From IMG/VR virus record IMGVR_UViG_3300011435_000021, positions 1 through 44,766 of that record: DNA of 44,766 nt, one strand, 5' to 3'. Below, one piece after another: positions 8,380 to 17,646 of this stretch (within the stretch, counting starts at the first letter, position 1; the number at the start of each line of letters is the position of its first letter). The notes beneath the pieces were generated by a model. It saw only the letters and a list, made by a program, of their open reading frames with translations, had not been told where the DNA came from and searched no databases. The position numbers were made by a program, and so were the translations under genes. The stretch comes from a virus (lineage: Duplodnaviria > Caudoviricetes).

Positions 8380-9895
8380 TAGCGTCGAGATCGCACGAGA
8401 GAAGCTGCGTCGCTGGCGCGACAACGGTGATGGCCTCGTGCAGTTCGCTCGCGAGGAACTGCGCTACGAGCCTGACGAGTGGCAGGTCGACGCGCTGATC
8501 CAGTACCAGACCGGCAAGCCGCGCACGGTGATGAAGGCGTGCAAGAACCCTGGCAAGACGCGCGTGCTCGCGACGATCGCCTGGCACTTCCTCACGGTGT
8601 ACCCGCATCCGAACGTGGCCGCGACCTCGATCACTGGCGACAACCTGCGCGACGGCCTGTGGAAAGAGATGGCGATGTTGCAGCTACGATCGCCGATGCT
8701 GACGCAGGAGTTCCAGTGGACCGCCGAGCGCATCTTCTACAAAAAGTTCCCGGCTACCTGGTGGATGTCGGCGCGCAAGTGGTCGAAGTCCGCTGACACG
8801 GCGATCCAGTCGAACACGCTCGCCGGCTTGCACCAGGACTACATCCTGTTCCTGCTCGACGAGACTGGCGGCATGCCGCGCGCAGTGATGGCTGCTGCGG
8901 ACGCCGCGCTCGGATCAGGCATCGTCGCGCGTCTCGTGCAGGCCGGGAACCCGGAGAAGTTGGAGGGTCCGCTGTACGACGCTTGCACGGCGGAGCGCGA
9001 CCTGTGGAACGTGATCGATGTGACCGGCGATCCCGATGATCCGAAGCGTGCGCCGCGAGTGAAAATCGAGTGGGCGCGCGAGCAGATCAGGAAATACGGC
9101 AAGGACTCGCCGTGGGTTCTGGTCAACGTGTTCGGTCGGTTCCCGCCTGCGTCGCTGAATTCGCTGCTCGGAATCGATGACGTTGAGGCGGCGATGAAGC
9201 GGCATCTGCAACCTGAAGCGTACAACTGGCAGCAGAAGCGCCTCGGCATCGACGTGGCACGGTTCGGCGACGACCTCACGGTGATCGCGCCGCGCCAGGG
9301 TAAGGCGTGGTTCAAGCCGGTCCCGATGTCGCATGTGCGTGACTCAGCGGTCAGCGTCGACATCGCGAATCGCGTGATGCTCGCGAAACAGAGATGGCAG
9401 TCCGAGATCGAGCTATTCGACGACACGGTCGGATGGGCGCACGGTGCTCGTGACGTGATGGTCGCCGCAGGTCACTCGCCGTTCGCGATCAACTTCGCAG
9501 GCAAAGCGCCCGATCCGCGCTACGCGAACATGCGCGCCTATGGCTGGATGCAGATGGCCGAGGACGTGAAGGCCGGCGCATCGCTGCCGAACATCCCTGA
9601 GCTTGTGGCCGAACTGACGACGCCGACGTTCATGTACCACAACGGGAAGTTCCAGATCGAAGATAAGGACATGATCAAGGAACGCCTCGGTCGATCGCCG
9701 AACTACGCTGACGCCTACGCGCTGACGTACATGATGCCGGACATGCCGAGCCAGCTTGTCGGGATGATGGCGATGCACGGCCACGGCAGGCACGCGACGA
9801 CGGAGTTCGATCCGTGGCGCGACGAGGATGCCGAGCGCGGTCGCCGAGCGCAGACCGAGTTCGATCCGTTCGATCCGAGGCGAGACACGCTATGA
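8372..9895 (+). CDS. terL: Terminase large subunit
   Basis: EPDEWQ (Q motif), ACKNPGKT (Walker A variant), FLLDETGG (Walker B), GNP, LGIDVARFGDD nuclease motif, RSPNYADA. Confidence 0.93.
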   Translation: MADSVEIAREKLRRWRDNGDGLVQFAREELRYEPDEWQVDALIQYQTGKPRTVMKACKNPGKTRVLATIAWHFLTVYPHPNVAATSITGDNLRDGLWKEMAMLQLRSPMLTQEFQWTAERIFYKKFPATWWMSARKWSKSADTAIQSNTLAGLHQDYILFLLDETGGMPRAVMAAADAALGSGIVARLVQAGNPEKLEGPLYDACTAERDLWNVIDVTGDPDDPKRAPRVKIEWAREQIRKYGKDSPWVLVNVFGRFPPASLNSLLGIDDVEAAMKRHLQPEAYNWQQKRLGIDVARFGDDLTVIAPRQGKAWFKPVPMSHVRDSAVSVDIANRVMLAKQRWQSEIELFDDTVGWAHGARDVMVAAGHSPFAINFAGKAPDPRYANMRAYGWMQMAEDVKAGASLPNIPELVAELTTPTFMYHNGKFQIEDKDMIKERLGRSPNYADAYALTYMMPDMPSQLVGMMAMHGHGRHATTEFDPWRDEDAERGRRAQTEFDPFDPRRDTL

Positions 9896-10110
9896 ATCAC
9901 TGCTCGCGCTGCTTCTACGCGAAGCGCACGACAGTCACAGACCGGCACGAGTACGTGCTGACGTGCCTGCATCCGTTGTCACGCACGCCGATCGGTCTGG
10001 CTATGGCGTGCCATCAGGCGCGCGAGGCGACATCGTTCTGCGGTCCGACAGGATCAGCGTTCCAGCACGCGAACGGCTCGCCGCAGCCGATCGAGATGTT
10101 CAGGCAATAG
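9892..10110 (+). CDS. Small Cys-rich protein
   Basis: ATGA overlap with terL; CSRC..C.HP..C..R...CGP.G..F pattern. Confidence 0.65.
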   Translation: MNHCSRCFYAKRTTVTDRHEYVLTCLHPLSRTPIGLAMACHQAREATSFCGPTGSAFQHANGSPQPIEMFRQ

Positions 10111-10111
10111 C

Positions 10112-10330
10112 GTGTTCCACCAGCGCAACGCGCCAGGCTACAACGTGCGCGAGATGGCGATCATCGACGGCGTCGAGTACGCCGTGCCGAAGGACTGCGC
10201 GGCGTGCGGCGAGTTCTGGAAGATCAATCAGCAGACGGACGGCGCGAGGTACTTCGTCGATGGGCGCTGGCTATGCGTCGCCTGCCTGGAAAAGAAAACG
10301 CCGGGCGCTGTTGATGGCGTCCGGCGTTAA
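10112..10330 (+). CDS. Small zinc-ribbon protein
   Basis: CAACG..LCVAC; GC-rich third positions. Confidence 0.6.
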   Translation: MFHQRNAPGYNVREMAIIDGVEYAVPKDCAACGEFWKINQQTDGARYFVDGRWLCVACLEKKTPGAVDGVRR

Positions 10331-10458
10331 GGCAAAGCTGGATGAACCATTTTAGGAGGATGTCGGCTTACTTCATCGTCTGATCTCCGTTCTCGTTGAT
10401 ACGTGCAGATCGGATCGTGCTCCTGCTACCCCGCTTAGTGTTCACTTTTAGTAGACGT

Positions 10459-10487
10459 TTGCAGAATCAATGACTTAGGCGTAACCT
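10459..10487 (+). promoter_or_regulatory. Putative sigma70-type promoter for virion genes, with IHF-like site in the spacer
   Basis: TTGCAG-N17-TAACCT, 8 nt before ATG 10496; AATCAATGACTTA (10465-10477) matches WATCAANNNNTTR. Confidence 0.55.
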
Positions 10488-10495
10488 CGCGCGCA

Positions 10496-10990
10496 ATGTC
10501 TCAGGTCTCCGTGCGCGCGGTGTCCTTCGTCGATGTCATCGGCGATCTCCGCCATCTGCTGCTCAGGAACCACGAGGAGACCTCTCCGTTCCCCGGCATC
10601 CCGCTCGACATCGACGCGCATCGGTACATGCGGATCGAGGCGATGGGCGCGCTGCGCTGCTACGTGGCGACGGTCAGTGGCCGCATGATCGGGTACGCCG
10701 CCTTCATCGTTGACGAGCATCTGCATCACAAGGGCGCGGTGTTCGCGACGCAGGACGTGATCTACGTCGAGCCTGAGTCGCGCAAGACGCTGGCCGGCAT
10801 GCTGCTCGTTCGGTTCATCGAGGACGACCTGCGTGACCGTGGCGTGCAGGTCATCATCCACTTCCAGAAAAAGAACCATCCGGCGCTCGGCAAGATGCTC
10901 GCGCGCATGGGGTACAAGGACGACGAGGTCGCATGGATGAAGCGCCTCGACGTGTCCGATCGCAAGATCAACATCGCAAGCGGGGGCTGA
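10496..10990 (+). CDS. GNAT-family acetyltransferase-like protein
   Basis: GRMIGYA..QDVIYVEPESRKTLAGMLL..MLARMGY GNAT pattern. Confidence 0.8.
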   Translation: MSQVSVRAVSFVDVIGDLRHLLLRNHEETSPFPGIPLDIDAHRYMRIEAMGALRCYVATVSGRMIGYAAFIVDEHLHHKGAVFATQDVIYVEPESRKTLAGMLLVRFIEDDLRDRGVQVIIHFQKKNHPALGKMLARMGYKDDEVAWMKRLDVSDRKINIASGG

Positions 10991-10991
10991 C

Positions 10992-11342
10992 ATGGGACTG
11001 TTCGGCGGCGGCGGCGGGTTCTTCGGTAAGGCTCTCAAGATCGTTGGCATAGCCGCAGCGACTTACTTCGGCGGAACTCTCGGCGGCATGCTCGCGGCTG
11101 GAATGATGGGCGCGATGGGCGGCGGACAAAAGCGAGAGGAGCAGGAGCTTCTGATGGAAGCGCCGCCGCAAGCCTCGACGACCGACAACACGAAGCAGGC
11201 CGCTGACGGAGCGGCAAACAGGCAACGCAAGCGCACGTTCGGCGCGTCTGGTCGAGCCGATACGATCAAGACTAGTCCGACTGGCGACATCGGTTCTGTC
11301 GGACCTGGCGGCGGCGAAGTTAAAACCCTCCTCGGCTACTGA
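10992..11342 (+). CDS. Small virion-associated protein preceding portal
   Basis: Gly-rich N-terminus, GRADTIKTSPTG..KTLLG C-terminus typical of the pre-portal gene in this phage architecture. Confidence 0.7.
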   Translation: MGLFGGGGGFFGKALKIVGIAAATYFGGTLGGMLAAGMMGAMGGGQKREEQELLMEAPPQASTTDNTKQAADGAANRQRKRTFGASGRADTIKTSPTGDIGSVGPGGGEVKTLLGY

Positions 11343-13093
11343 TGGCCGGCGCTCGATTCACGCCTTACAAGTCTCCGAACAGCGGCGTCACGCGCCGCCA
11401 GCGGTACGAGATCGCGCGCAATTCGATGTGGCAGGAGCGCGTGACGCACGACGCGCACTTCCGAGACCTGGCCGACTTCATCTGTCCGCGCCGGCCTCGG
11501 TTCTTCTCCTCGGACCGCAATCGTGGCGATCGCCGCAACCAGAAGATCATCGACTCGACCGCGACGTTCGCCAGGCGCACGCTGCAGTCGGGTATGCACT
11601 CCGGCATGACTAGTCCTGCGCGTCCGTGGATGAAGCTGATGACGCCGGATCCCGACCTCAACGAGTTCGCAGCCGTGAAGGAATGGCTGCACATCGTCAC
11701 GCAGCGCATGCTGTCGATCTTCGCGCAGTGCAATATCTACAACGCGCTGCCTACGCACTACGGCGACATGGCGACGTTCGGGACGGCTGCGACCGCGATC
11801 CTCGATGACGATGTCGACCTGTTCCGCGCCTACAACTATCCGATCGGCAGCTACGCGATCGCGACGAACAAGCGCGGCCTCGTGGATCAGTGGGTCTACG
11901 AGTCGCAGAGAACCGTGCTTGAGATCGTCGACGAGTTCCTGGTCGACAAGCGCACGAACATGATCGACTGGTCGAAGGCGTCGCAGACGATCCGCAACCT
12001 GTGGGATCGCGCGGAGTACAACCAGAAGATCGACGTGTGCTGGCTGATCATGCCGAACATCGAGCGCGATCGCTCGTCGCTCGAAGCCGGCAAGTTCATG
12101 CCCTACCAGTCGGTTCACATCGAGAAGGGCCAGGAGAAGGAAGATACGTTCCTGCGCGTCAAGGGATTCAACGAGTTCCCGATCCTCGTGTCGCGATGGG
12201 ACGTGACTGCCGACGACTGGTGGGGAACGGACTGTCCCGGCATGGTCGCGCTCGGCGACGTGAAGCAACTGCAGACTGGTGAGAAGCGCAGCGCGCAAGC
12301 GGTCGAGAAGATGCTTAACCCTCCGCTGCAGGCTCCGGTGCATGTGCGGAACCAGAAGGCGTCGCTGCTGCCTGGTGACATCACGTACACGGACGTTCGC
12401 GAGGGACAGAAGGGCATCCATCCGATTCACGAGATGAACTTCGCGATCGACCAGCACGAACTCAAGCAGCAGTCGACGCGCGCTCGCGTCCAGCGCGCCT
12501 GGTACGAGGACTTGTTTCTGATGCTCGCGTACAGCGACCAGTCGCGCGGAGTGCAGCCGCCGACCGCTACCGAGATCGCCGAGCGCCACGAGGAGAAGCT
12601 GATCGCCATCGGCCCGGTGCTTGAGCGCACGAACGACGAACTGCTCGATCCGAAGGTCGATCGCGTGTTCGCGATGGCCGAGCGCAGCGGCCTGCTGCCG
12701 CCAGCGCCTGAAGAACTGCGCGGCGTCGCGCTGCGCGTCGAGTACACGAGCATCATGAGCCAGGCGCAGAAGATGATCGGCGTCGTGGCGCACGAGCGGT
12801 TCCTGCAGACGGCGACCGCGCTGATGACCGTGTTCCCGCAGGTCAAGCACAAGGTCAACGTGTTCCAGGCGATCGACGACGCAGCCGACATGCTCGGCGT
12901 GAACCCGAACCTCGTCGTGCCGGACGAGGAAGCGCATGCCGGCGCGAAGGCCGAGGCCGATGCGATCAACGCTCAGGTCGCATCCGAGAGCGCGGCGAAC
13001 ATGGCGAAGGCCGGGCGCGACCTGGCCGGCGCTGACCTCGAAGGTAAGAACCTGCTGTCGACGCTGGTCGACGGCGTCGAGGAGACGGCATGA
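11342..13093 (+). CDS. Portal (head-tail connector) protein
   Basis: 583 aa; DSTA..SGMTSPARPW, FGTA, PPLQ, TATEIAERHEEK..LGPVLER-like motifs of T7 gp8-type portals. Confidence 0.93.
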   Translation: MAGARFTPYKSPNSGVTRRQRYEIARNSMWQERVTHDAHFRDLADFICPRRPRFFSSDRNRGDRRNQKIIDSTATFARRTLQSGMHSGMTSPARPWMKLMTPDPDLNEFAAVKEWLHIVTQRMLSIFAQCNIYNALPTHYGDMATFGTAATAILDDDVDLFRAYNYPIGSYAIATNKRGLVDQWVYESQRTVLEIVDEFLVDKRTNMIDWSKASQTIRNLWDRAEYNQKIDVCWLIMPNIERDRSSLEAGKFMPYQSVHIEKGQEKEDTFLRVKGFNEFPILVSRWDVTADDWWGTDCPGMVALGDVKQLQTGEKRSAQAVEKMLNPPLQAPVHVRNQKASLLPGDITYTDVREGQKGIHPIHEMNFAIDQHELKQQSTRARVQRAWYEDLFLMLAYSDQSRGVQPPTATEIAERHEEKLIAIGPVLERTNDELLDPKVDRVFAMAERSGLLPPAPEELRGVALRVEYTSIMSQAQKMIGVVAHERFLQTATALMTVFPQVKHKVNVFQAIDDAADMLGVNPNLVVPDEEAHAGAKAEADAINAQVASESAANMAKAGRDLAGADLEGKNLLSTLVDGVEETA

Positions 13094-13455
13094 ACGAGCG
13101 CGCCGCAGTGTCGAACGCCGCTGACGTGAAGCAGGTCAAGCACGCCGGGCGCAAGGATCAGGAGCGCCGGCAGCTTGAAATCGCGGCGCTGCGCGAGATT
13201 CTGAAGCTGCCGGCTGGTCGCCTCGTGCTGTGGAACGTGCTGACGCACTGCAAGGTATTCGAGTCGATCTGGCATCCGAGCGCGCTGATTCACGCGAACG
13301 CCGGTCGCCAGGACGTAGGTCACTGGCTGCTGGCCGAGATCGCCGAGGCCGACGAGGACGTGATCGTCCTGATGATGCGAGAGGCAAGGGTCGCGAAGAA
13401 ACGCGACCAGGCCGAACGTGAAGCCGTCCAACAAACCAAAAAGGACACCGCATGA
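13090..13455 (+). CDS. Bbp19-like protein
   Basis: GRLVLW..L...NAGRQDVG..L motif; between portal and scaffold. Confidence 0.75.
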   Translation: MNERAAVSNAADVKQVKHAGRKDQERRQLEIAALREILKLPAGRLVLWNVLTHCKVFESIWHPSALIHANAGRQDVGHWLLAEIAEADEDVIVLMMREARVAKKRDQAEREAVQQTKKDTA

Positions 13456-14222
13456 ACCGCACGATTCTAGGCATGGCAATCCGGCAGATTTTCCTCGACG
13501 CGGCTGACGACAAGGGCGGCGGCGGAGGCGGGACAGGTGACGACAAGACAGTCGCCGTGAAGCCGGAGGATGCGCGTGCGTTCGTGTCGGAGTTCGTGTC
13601 CGATCCCGAATCTATCAAGACGCTCGACGATGCGAAGGTCGTCGAGTATCACGGCAAGCTGAAGGGCAAGCTCGACGGCCTAATCAAAACGGAAGTCGAG
13701 AAGGCGAAGGGGGCGTCGACCGCTGAGGCGGCGGCGTTGAAAGAGAAGTGGACGAAAGGTGAACTTAAGCTCGAAGCACCAAAGGACTCGAAGCTCTCCA
13801 AAGCGGACGTTGACGAGATCGCAGCCATTGCGCGCGAGCGAGGATTGTCACAGGAGCAAGCTGCTGAAATGGTCGCAAGCAGGCACGCGGCAGTATCACG
13901 GTTCGAGGCTACGGTGATGGAGAAGATGAAATCGGAGAGGGCTGCATGGGTCGAGTCAATCAAGAACGACCCGGAGATCGGCGGCGATAAGCTGAAGGAA
14001 ACTCAGCGACTCACCATGTTGCCGATCGAGCGGTTCGCGACTCCGGAGTTTCGCTCAGAGCTTCGCGCAAGCGGGTTCGGCGATCATCCTCTGTTTGTCA
14101 GGTTCCTCCTGTCTATCGGGCAAGCGATGTCCGAGGACGATCCGAGCGCCGACAAGGGCGGCGGGGGCGGGGGATCAAAGAAAGACGCCGCGACAGTTCT
14201 GTACGGCGAACCCAAAACCTAA
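13452..14222 (+). CDS. Capsid scaffolding protein
   Basis: ARERGLSQEQA, DPEIGG, GFGDHP..VR..IGQAMSED, C-terminal AATVLYG; immediately upstream of MCP. Confidence 0.85.
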   Translation: MNRTILGMAIRQIFLDAADDKGGGGGGTGDDKTVAVKPEDARAFVSEFVSDPESIKTLDDAKVVEYHGKLKGKLDGLIKTEVEKAKGASTAEAAALKEKWTKGELKLEAPKDSKLSKADVDEIAAIARERGLSQEQAAEMVASRHAAVSRFEATVMEKMKSERAAWVESIKNDPEIGGDKLKETQRLTMLPIERFATPEFRSELRASGFGDHPLFVRFLLSIGQAMSEDDPSADKGGGGGGSKKDAATVLYGEPKT

Positions 14223-14236
14223 TGAAAGGGCAATAC

Positions 14237-15349
14237 ATGAAACGCACTGACTTGCAGTACCTGCCTGTGATCGTGATGCTCGCGGTCGCGGCAGTCCTTA
14301 CCTTCATCGCTCCGGAATTTCAGGCGCTGCTGCCGGTTATCGGCCTGGCGACTATCGGCACGAGCGCGCTCACGCTGACCGATTGGGCGAAGCGGCTCGA
14401 TCCGGACGGCAAGGTTCCGACCGTCGTCGAACTGCTCGCGCAGACCAATGAAATCCTGACCGACATGCTGTGGATGGAAGGCAACTTGCCGACCGGCCAT
14501 CGCACGACTGTCCGGACCGGCCTGCCGACTGTGGCCTGGCGTCTGCTGAACCAGGGCATCACGCCGAGCAAGAGCACGACCGCGCAGATCGACGAGCAGG
14601 CAGGCATGCTCGAAGCGTGGTCCGAGGTCGATGTCGATCTCGCGAACCTGAACGGCAACGTCAACGCTTTCCGTCTCTCCGAGGCGATGGCGTTCCTCGA
14701 AGCCATGAATCAGGAAATGGCGCAGACGCTGTTCTACGGGAACTCCGGCCTTGCGCCGGAAGAATTTACCGGCCTGTCGACGCGCTACTCGGCGATCTCC
14801 GGCGCGACGAACGGCTCGAACGTGATCACTGGCTCCGGCGCAGGCTCGGACAATTCGAGCGTGTGGCTCGTGGGATGGGGCGAGCGTTCGATCTTCGGCA
14901 TCTTCCCGAAGGGCAGCAAGGCCGGCATCATCCACGAGGACTACGGCGTCCAGACGGTGATCACGGCGACCGGCATCGGCGGCGGCAAGATGCGCGCGTA
15001 CCAGGAACGCTGGCAATGGAAGGCCGGCATCGCGCTGAAGGACTGGCGCTATGTCGTTCGCATCCCGAACATCGACATCAGCAACCTGGTGGCGAAGTCC
15101 TCGGCTGCGGACCTGATCGAACTGATGATCAAGGCTACGTACCGCTTGCCGACGCTGAACGGCGTGCGCCCGGTGTTCTACATGAACCGGACGTGCTTGC
15201 AGATGCTGGACATCCAGCGCCGCGACGACGTGATCACTGGTGCTGGCCTGACCTTTGACAACGTCGACGGCAAGCGTCAGCCGTCGTTCCGTGGCATCCC
15301 GATCCGTCTGTGCGACGCGCTGACGGAAGCCGAAGCCACTGTCGCCTAA
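14237..15349 (+). CDS. Major capsid protein (HK97 fold, BPP-1/epsilon15-like) with hydrophobic N-terminal extension
   Basis: TLTDWAKRLDPDG..VELLAQTNEIL, RTGLP..WR.LNQG, WKAGIALKDWRYVVRI, FRGIPIR..DAL...EA; AAAGGG SD before ATG 14237 (ATG 14222 also possible). Confidence 0.95.
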   Translation: MKRTDLQYLPVIVMLAVAAVLTFIAPEFQALLPVIGLATIGTSALTLTDWAKRLDPDGKVPTVVELLAQTNEILTDMLWMEGNLPTGHRTTVRTGLPTVAWRLLNQGITPSKSTTAQIDEQAGMLEAWSEVDVDLANLNGNVNAFRLSEAMAFLEAMNQEMAQTLFYGNSGLAPEEFTGLSTRYSAISGATNGSNVITGSGAGSDNSSVWLVGWGERSIFGIFPKGSKAGIIHEDYGVQTVITATGIGGGKMRAYQERWQWKAGIALKDWRYVVRIPNIDISNLVAKSSAADLIELMIKATYRLPTLNGVRPVFYMNRTCLQMLDIQRRDDVITGAGLTFDNVDGKRQPSFRGIPIRLCDALTEAEATVA

Positions 15350-15392
15350 GCCGGCTGACGGTCCCTTAAACGATTAGAAAAGGAAATCGCAA

Positions 15393-15959
15393 ATGAAAAA
15401 GAAACTTCTGAGCGCCGCCATCGGCGCGATGTTCGCTCGCGGTCCCGCTGTCGCACAGCAGTCCGTGCAGCAGCGGAATTACATGTTCCTCGACGCGCAG
15501 CACCAGTTCTCCGATAGCCAGGCTGTCACGGCTGACGCTGTCGGCACTAACGTCATCGACCTGTCCGCCGACCGGAGCATCGGCAGCGGCGAGCCGATGT
15601 GCGTCGTGTTCGTCGTGGAGGTCGCGGCGGACCAGACGACCGGCGACGAGGACTATGAATTCCACGTCGAGTACGCATCGAACGCCGCGCAGACGACTGG
15701 CCGCAAGCTGGTCGGCATGCGGAAGTTCGAGTCGGGAACGCCGACCGCGCCCTACGAGGATGCCGACCTGCTGGTCGCCGGGTTCAAGTTCATCATCCCG
15801 GTACCGCCTGCCGCGCTGTCGGAGTCCGAGCAGTTCCTCGGCATCCGGTACGACGTGACCGGCACGACACCGACGATCACCGTCTCGGCGTACCTGATGC
15901 CGCTGTCGATGATCGAAGTGGGCCAGGTGTCGTACCCGAAGGGCTTCACGATCTCGTAA
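15393..15959 (+). CDS. Capsid cement/decoration protein (Bbp16-like) with signal-peptide-like N-terminal extension
   Basis: AAGGA SD; core MFLDA..FSDSQAVTA..TNVIDL..LGIRYDV.GT typical of Bbp16-like proteins. Confidence 0.8.
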   Translation: MKKKLLSAAIGAMFARGPAVAQQSVQQRNYMFLDAQHQFSDSQAVTADAVGTNVIDLSADRSIGSGEPMCVVFVVEVAADQTTGDEDYEFHVEYASNAAQTTGRKLVGMRKFESGTPTAPYEDADLLVAGFKFIIPVPPAALSESEQFLGIRYDVTGTTPTITVSAYLMPLSMIEVGQVSYPKGFTIS

Positions 15960-15980
15960 GGGATCGGCTGAAAGACGAAC

Positions 15981-16006
15981 CCCGCGCCTTCGGGCGCGGG
16001 TTTTTT
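15981..16006 (+). terminator. Rho-independent terminator
   Basis: CCCGCGCC-TTCG-GGCGCGGG followed by T6. Confidence 0.92.
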
Positions 16007-16037
16007 CTCAACCGACTATCACACAGGACACACCGAC

Positions 16038-16403
16038 ATGAAAGTCATCGTCAAGGAAAGTCTGCAGGAGCAGTTCATCGGATTCTTCGATCACATCCGG
16101 CGCAGGACGGGCGACGTGTTCGTGATCCCCGACACGCCGCGTCGCGGCTTGTTTCCCGCCGAGAAGAAACTCGTCGACGGAAACGACGAGGCTCGCGCCG
16201 TGTACGAGCAGATCAAGGACAGCGATGGCAATGTTCCGTTGCAGTTCTCGTTCCGCTGGATGGAGCCGGTCGCGGCGAGCAAGGCCGAGAGCACGTCGAC
16301 GGCGCAGCAGTCGCTCGATCGCAAGTCCGAGATCATCAAGAAAGAAAAAGCCGGTGCGCGCGAGATCGCGCTCGGCGGCGGGAAGGAAGCGGACGTTCTC
16401 TAG
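16038..16403 (+). CDS. Hypothetical protein
   Basis: AGGA SD; GF..RRR.GDVF..WME motif seen in post-capsid genes. Confidence 0.8.
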   Translation: MKVIVKESLQEQFIGFFDHIRRRTGDVFVIPDTPRRGLFPAEKKLVDGNDEARAVYEQIKDSDGNVPLQFSFRWMEPVAASKAESTSTAQQSLDRKSEIIKKEKAGAREIALGGGKEADVL

Positions 16404-16463
16404 CGCAGCATCCTGTCGGCGCGCTCGTAGCGCCGCCAGGCTCCTACTTGAAGGGAGATCAGC

Positions 16464-16823
16464 ATGGCAACAATCGCAGCAACCATCGACGCAGTAAAAA
16501 CCTTCGGCGACAGGGCGCACGTCGTCACATGGACGCCTCTCACGTTCTCCGGCCTAGATGCCGGCTCGCCGATCGAGATGCCAGGCTCTGCCGACCGCTC
16601 GGTTCAGATCAGCGGCACATTCGGCGCTGGCGGCTCGATCTCACTCGAAGGATCGAACGACGGCACTAACTACGTGGTCTTGACCGATCCGCAGGGAAAC
16701 GCGCTGACGAAAACCGCAGAAGCGATCGAGGCCATCTCCGAACTCACTCGGTTCGTCAGGCCGCGCGTGACTGCCGGCGACGGAACGACCTCGCTCACAG
16801 TTTCACTCCTGGTCAAGAGGTAA
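16464..16823 (+). CDS. Putative virion beta-sandwich protein
   Basis: GGGAG SD; SVQISGTFG..SLEGSNDGTNY..RFVRP pattern, Thr/Gly-rich. Confidence 0.75.
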   Translation: MATIAATIDAVKTFGDRAHVVTWTPLTFSGLDAGSPIEMPGSADRSVQISGTFGAGGSISLEGSNDGTNYVVLTDPQGNALTKTAEAIEAISELTRFVRPRVTAGDGTTSLTVSLLVKR

Positions 16824-16826
16824 GCC

Positions 16827-17324
16827 ATGCAAAACGAGATCATCAAGGCGTACACGGCGAGCGAGGCTCTGAACGAGATCGAGCGCGCCGGCAGGTTGTT
16901 CAAGGCGTTCGAGAACTCGCATCGCGTGCTCGAATACATGGCGGGGCTGGAACAGCGCGAGCGCGAACTGACCGATCGGCTTGCCTCTCTGGTGCAGCAG
17001 GTCGAGAAGCAAGATTCGGCGCTCGCGACGGCTCGCGACGAAGCTGTCAAGACCGTACTGAAGGCGACAGGCGAAGCAGCCGCGATCGTCGAGAAGGCGC
17101 AGGCTGAAGCTCTCGTCATCCACGACAGGGCAACCTCGGAAGCGACGGAGATGATCAACAACGCGACGGAACTGGCGTCCGGCGCGCAAGCCAAGTGCAA
17201 TGAGGCGATGGACGCCGCCGAGGGCGCTCGCAAAGCGCAGGCCGCTGCCGAGGCCGCTACCGCTGAAGCCGAGGCCAGGCTCGCGACGGCGAGGGCGGAG
17301 ATCGATCGACTGCTGAAGCGGTAG
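16827..17324 (+). CDS. Ala-rich coiled-coil protein
   Basis: GAGG SD; heptad-like A/E/K composition. Confidence 0.75.
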   Translation: MQNEIIKAYTASEALNEIERAGRLFKAFENSHRVLEYMAGLEQRERELTDRLASLVQQVEKQDSALATARDEAVKTVLKATGEAAAIVEKAQAEALVIHDRATSEATEMINNATELASGAQAKCNEAMDAAEGARKAQAAAEAATAEAEARLATARAEIDRLLKR

Positions 17325-17325
17325 C

Positions 17326-17646
17326 GTGATCGTCTCCTCCGACTTCACTGTCGGCCACGCCCAGGCCGATGGCCGCCGCTACGTCACCGAGCGCCACACG
17401 TTCGATGACGGCAGCGTGGAGGTGGTCGAGTACCTCGCCGACAGCAAAGCCGATCACGCCGCGATCATGGCCGCGCGTGCGCTGGTGATTGAAGGCAATC
17501 GGATCGCCTCAACCGAGCGCGAGGCTGAGCAGGCTGCTGCTGAGGGAAAACTGCAGGCCGTGCTCGCCATTGCCGAGAGCAAGGGGGAGATCAGCAGAGA
17601 AGAACTTGAAATGGCTGGCGTGCCGTTGAAGGAAGGGGTGAAGTAA
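17326..17646 (+). CDS. Hypothetical protein
   Basis: Packed between neighbours; GC-rich third positions. Confidence 0.65.
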   Translation: MIVSSDFTVGHAQADGRRYVTERHTFDDGSVEVVEYLADSKADHAAIMAARALVIEGNRIASTEREAEQAAAEGKLQAVLAIAESKGEISREELEMAGVPLKEGVK

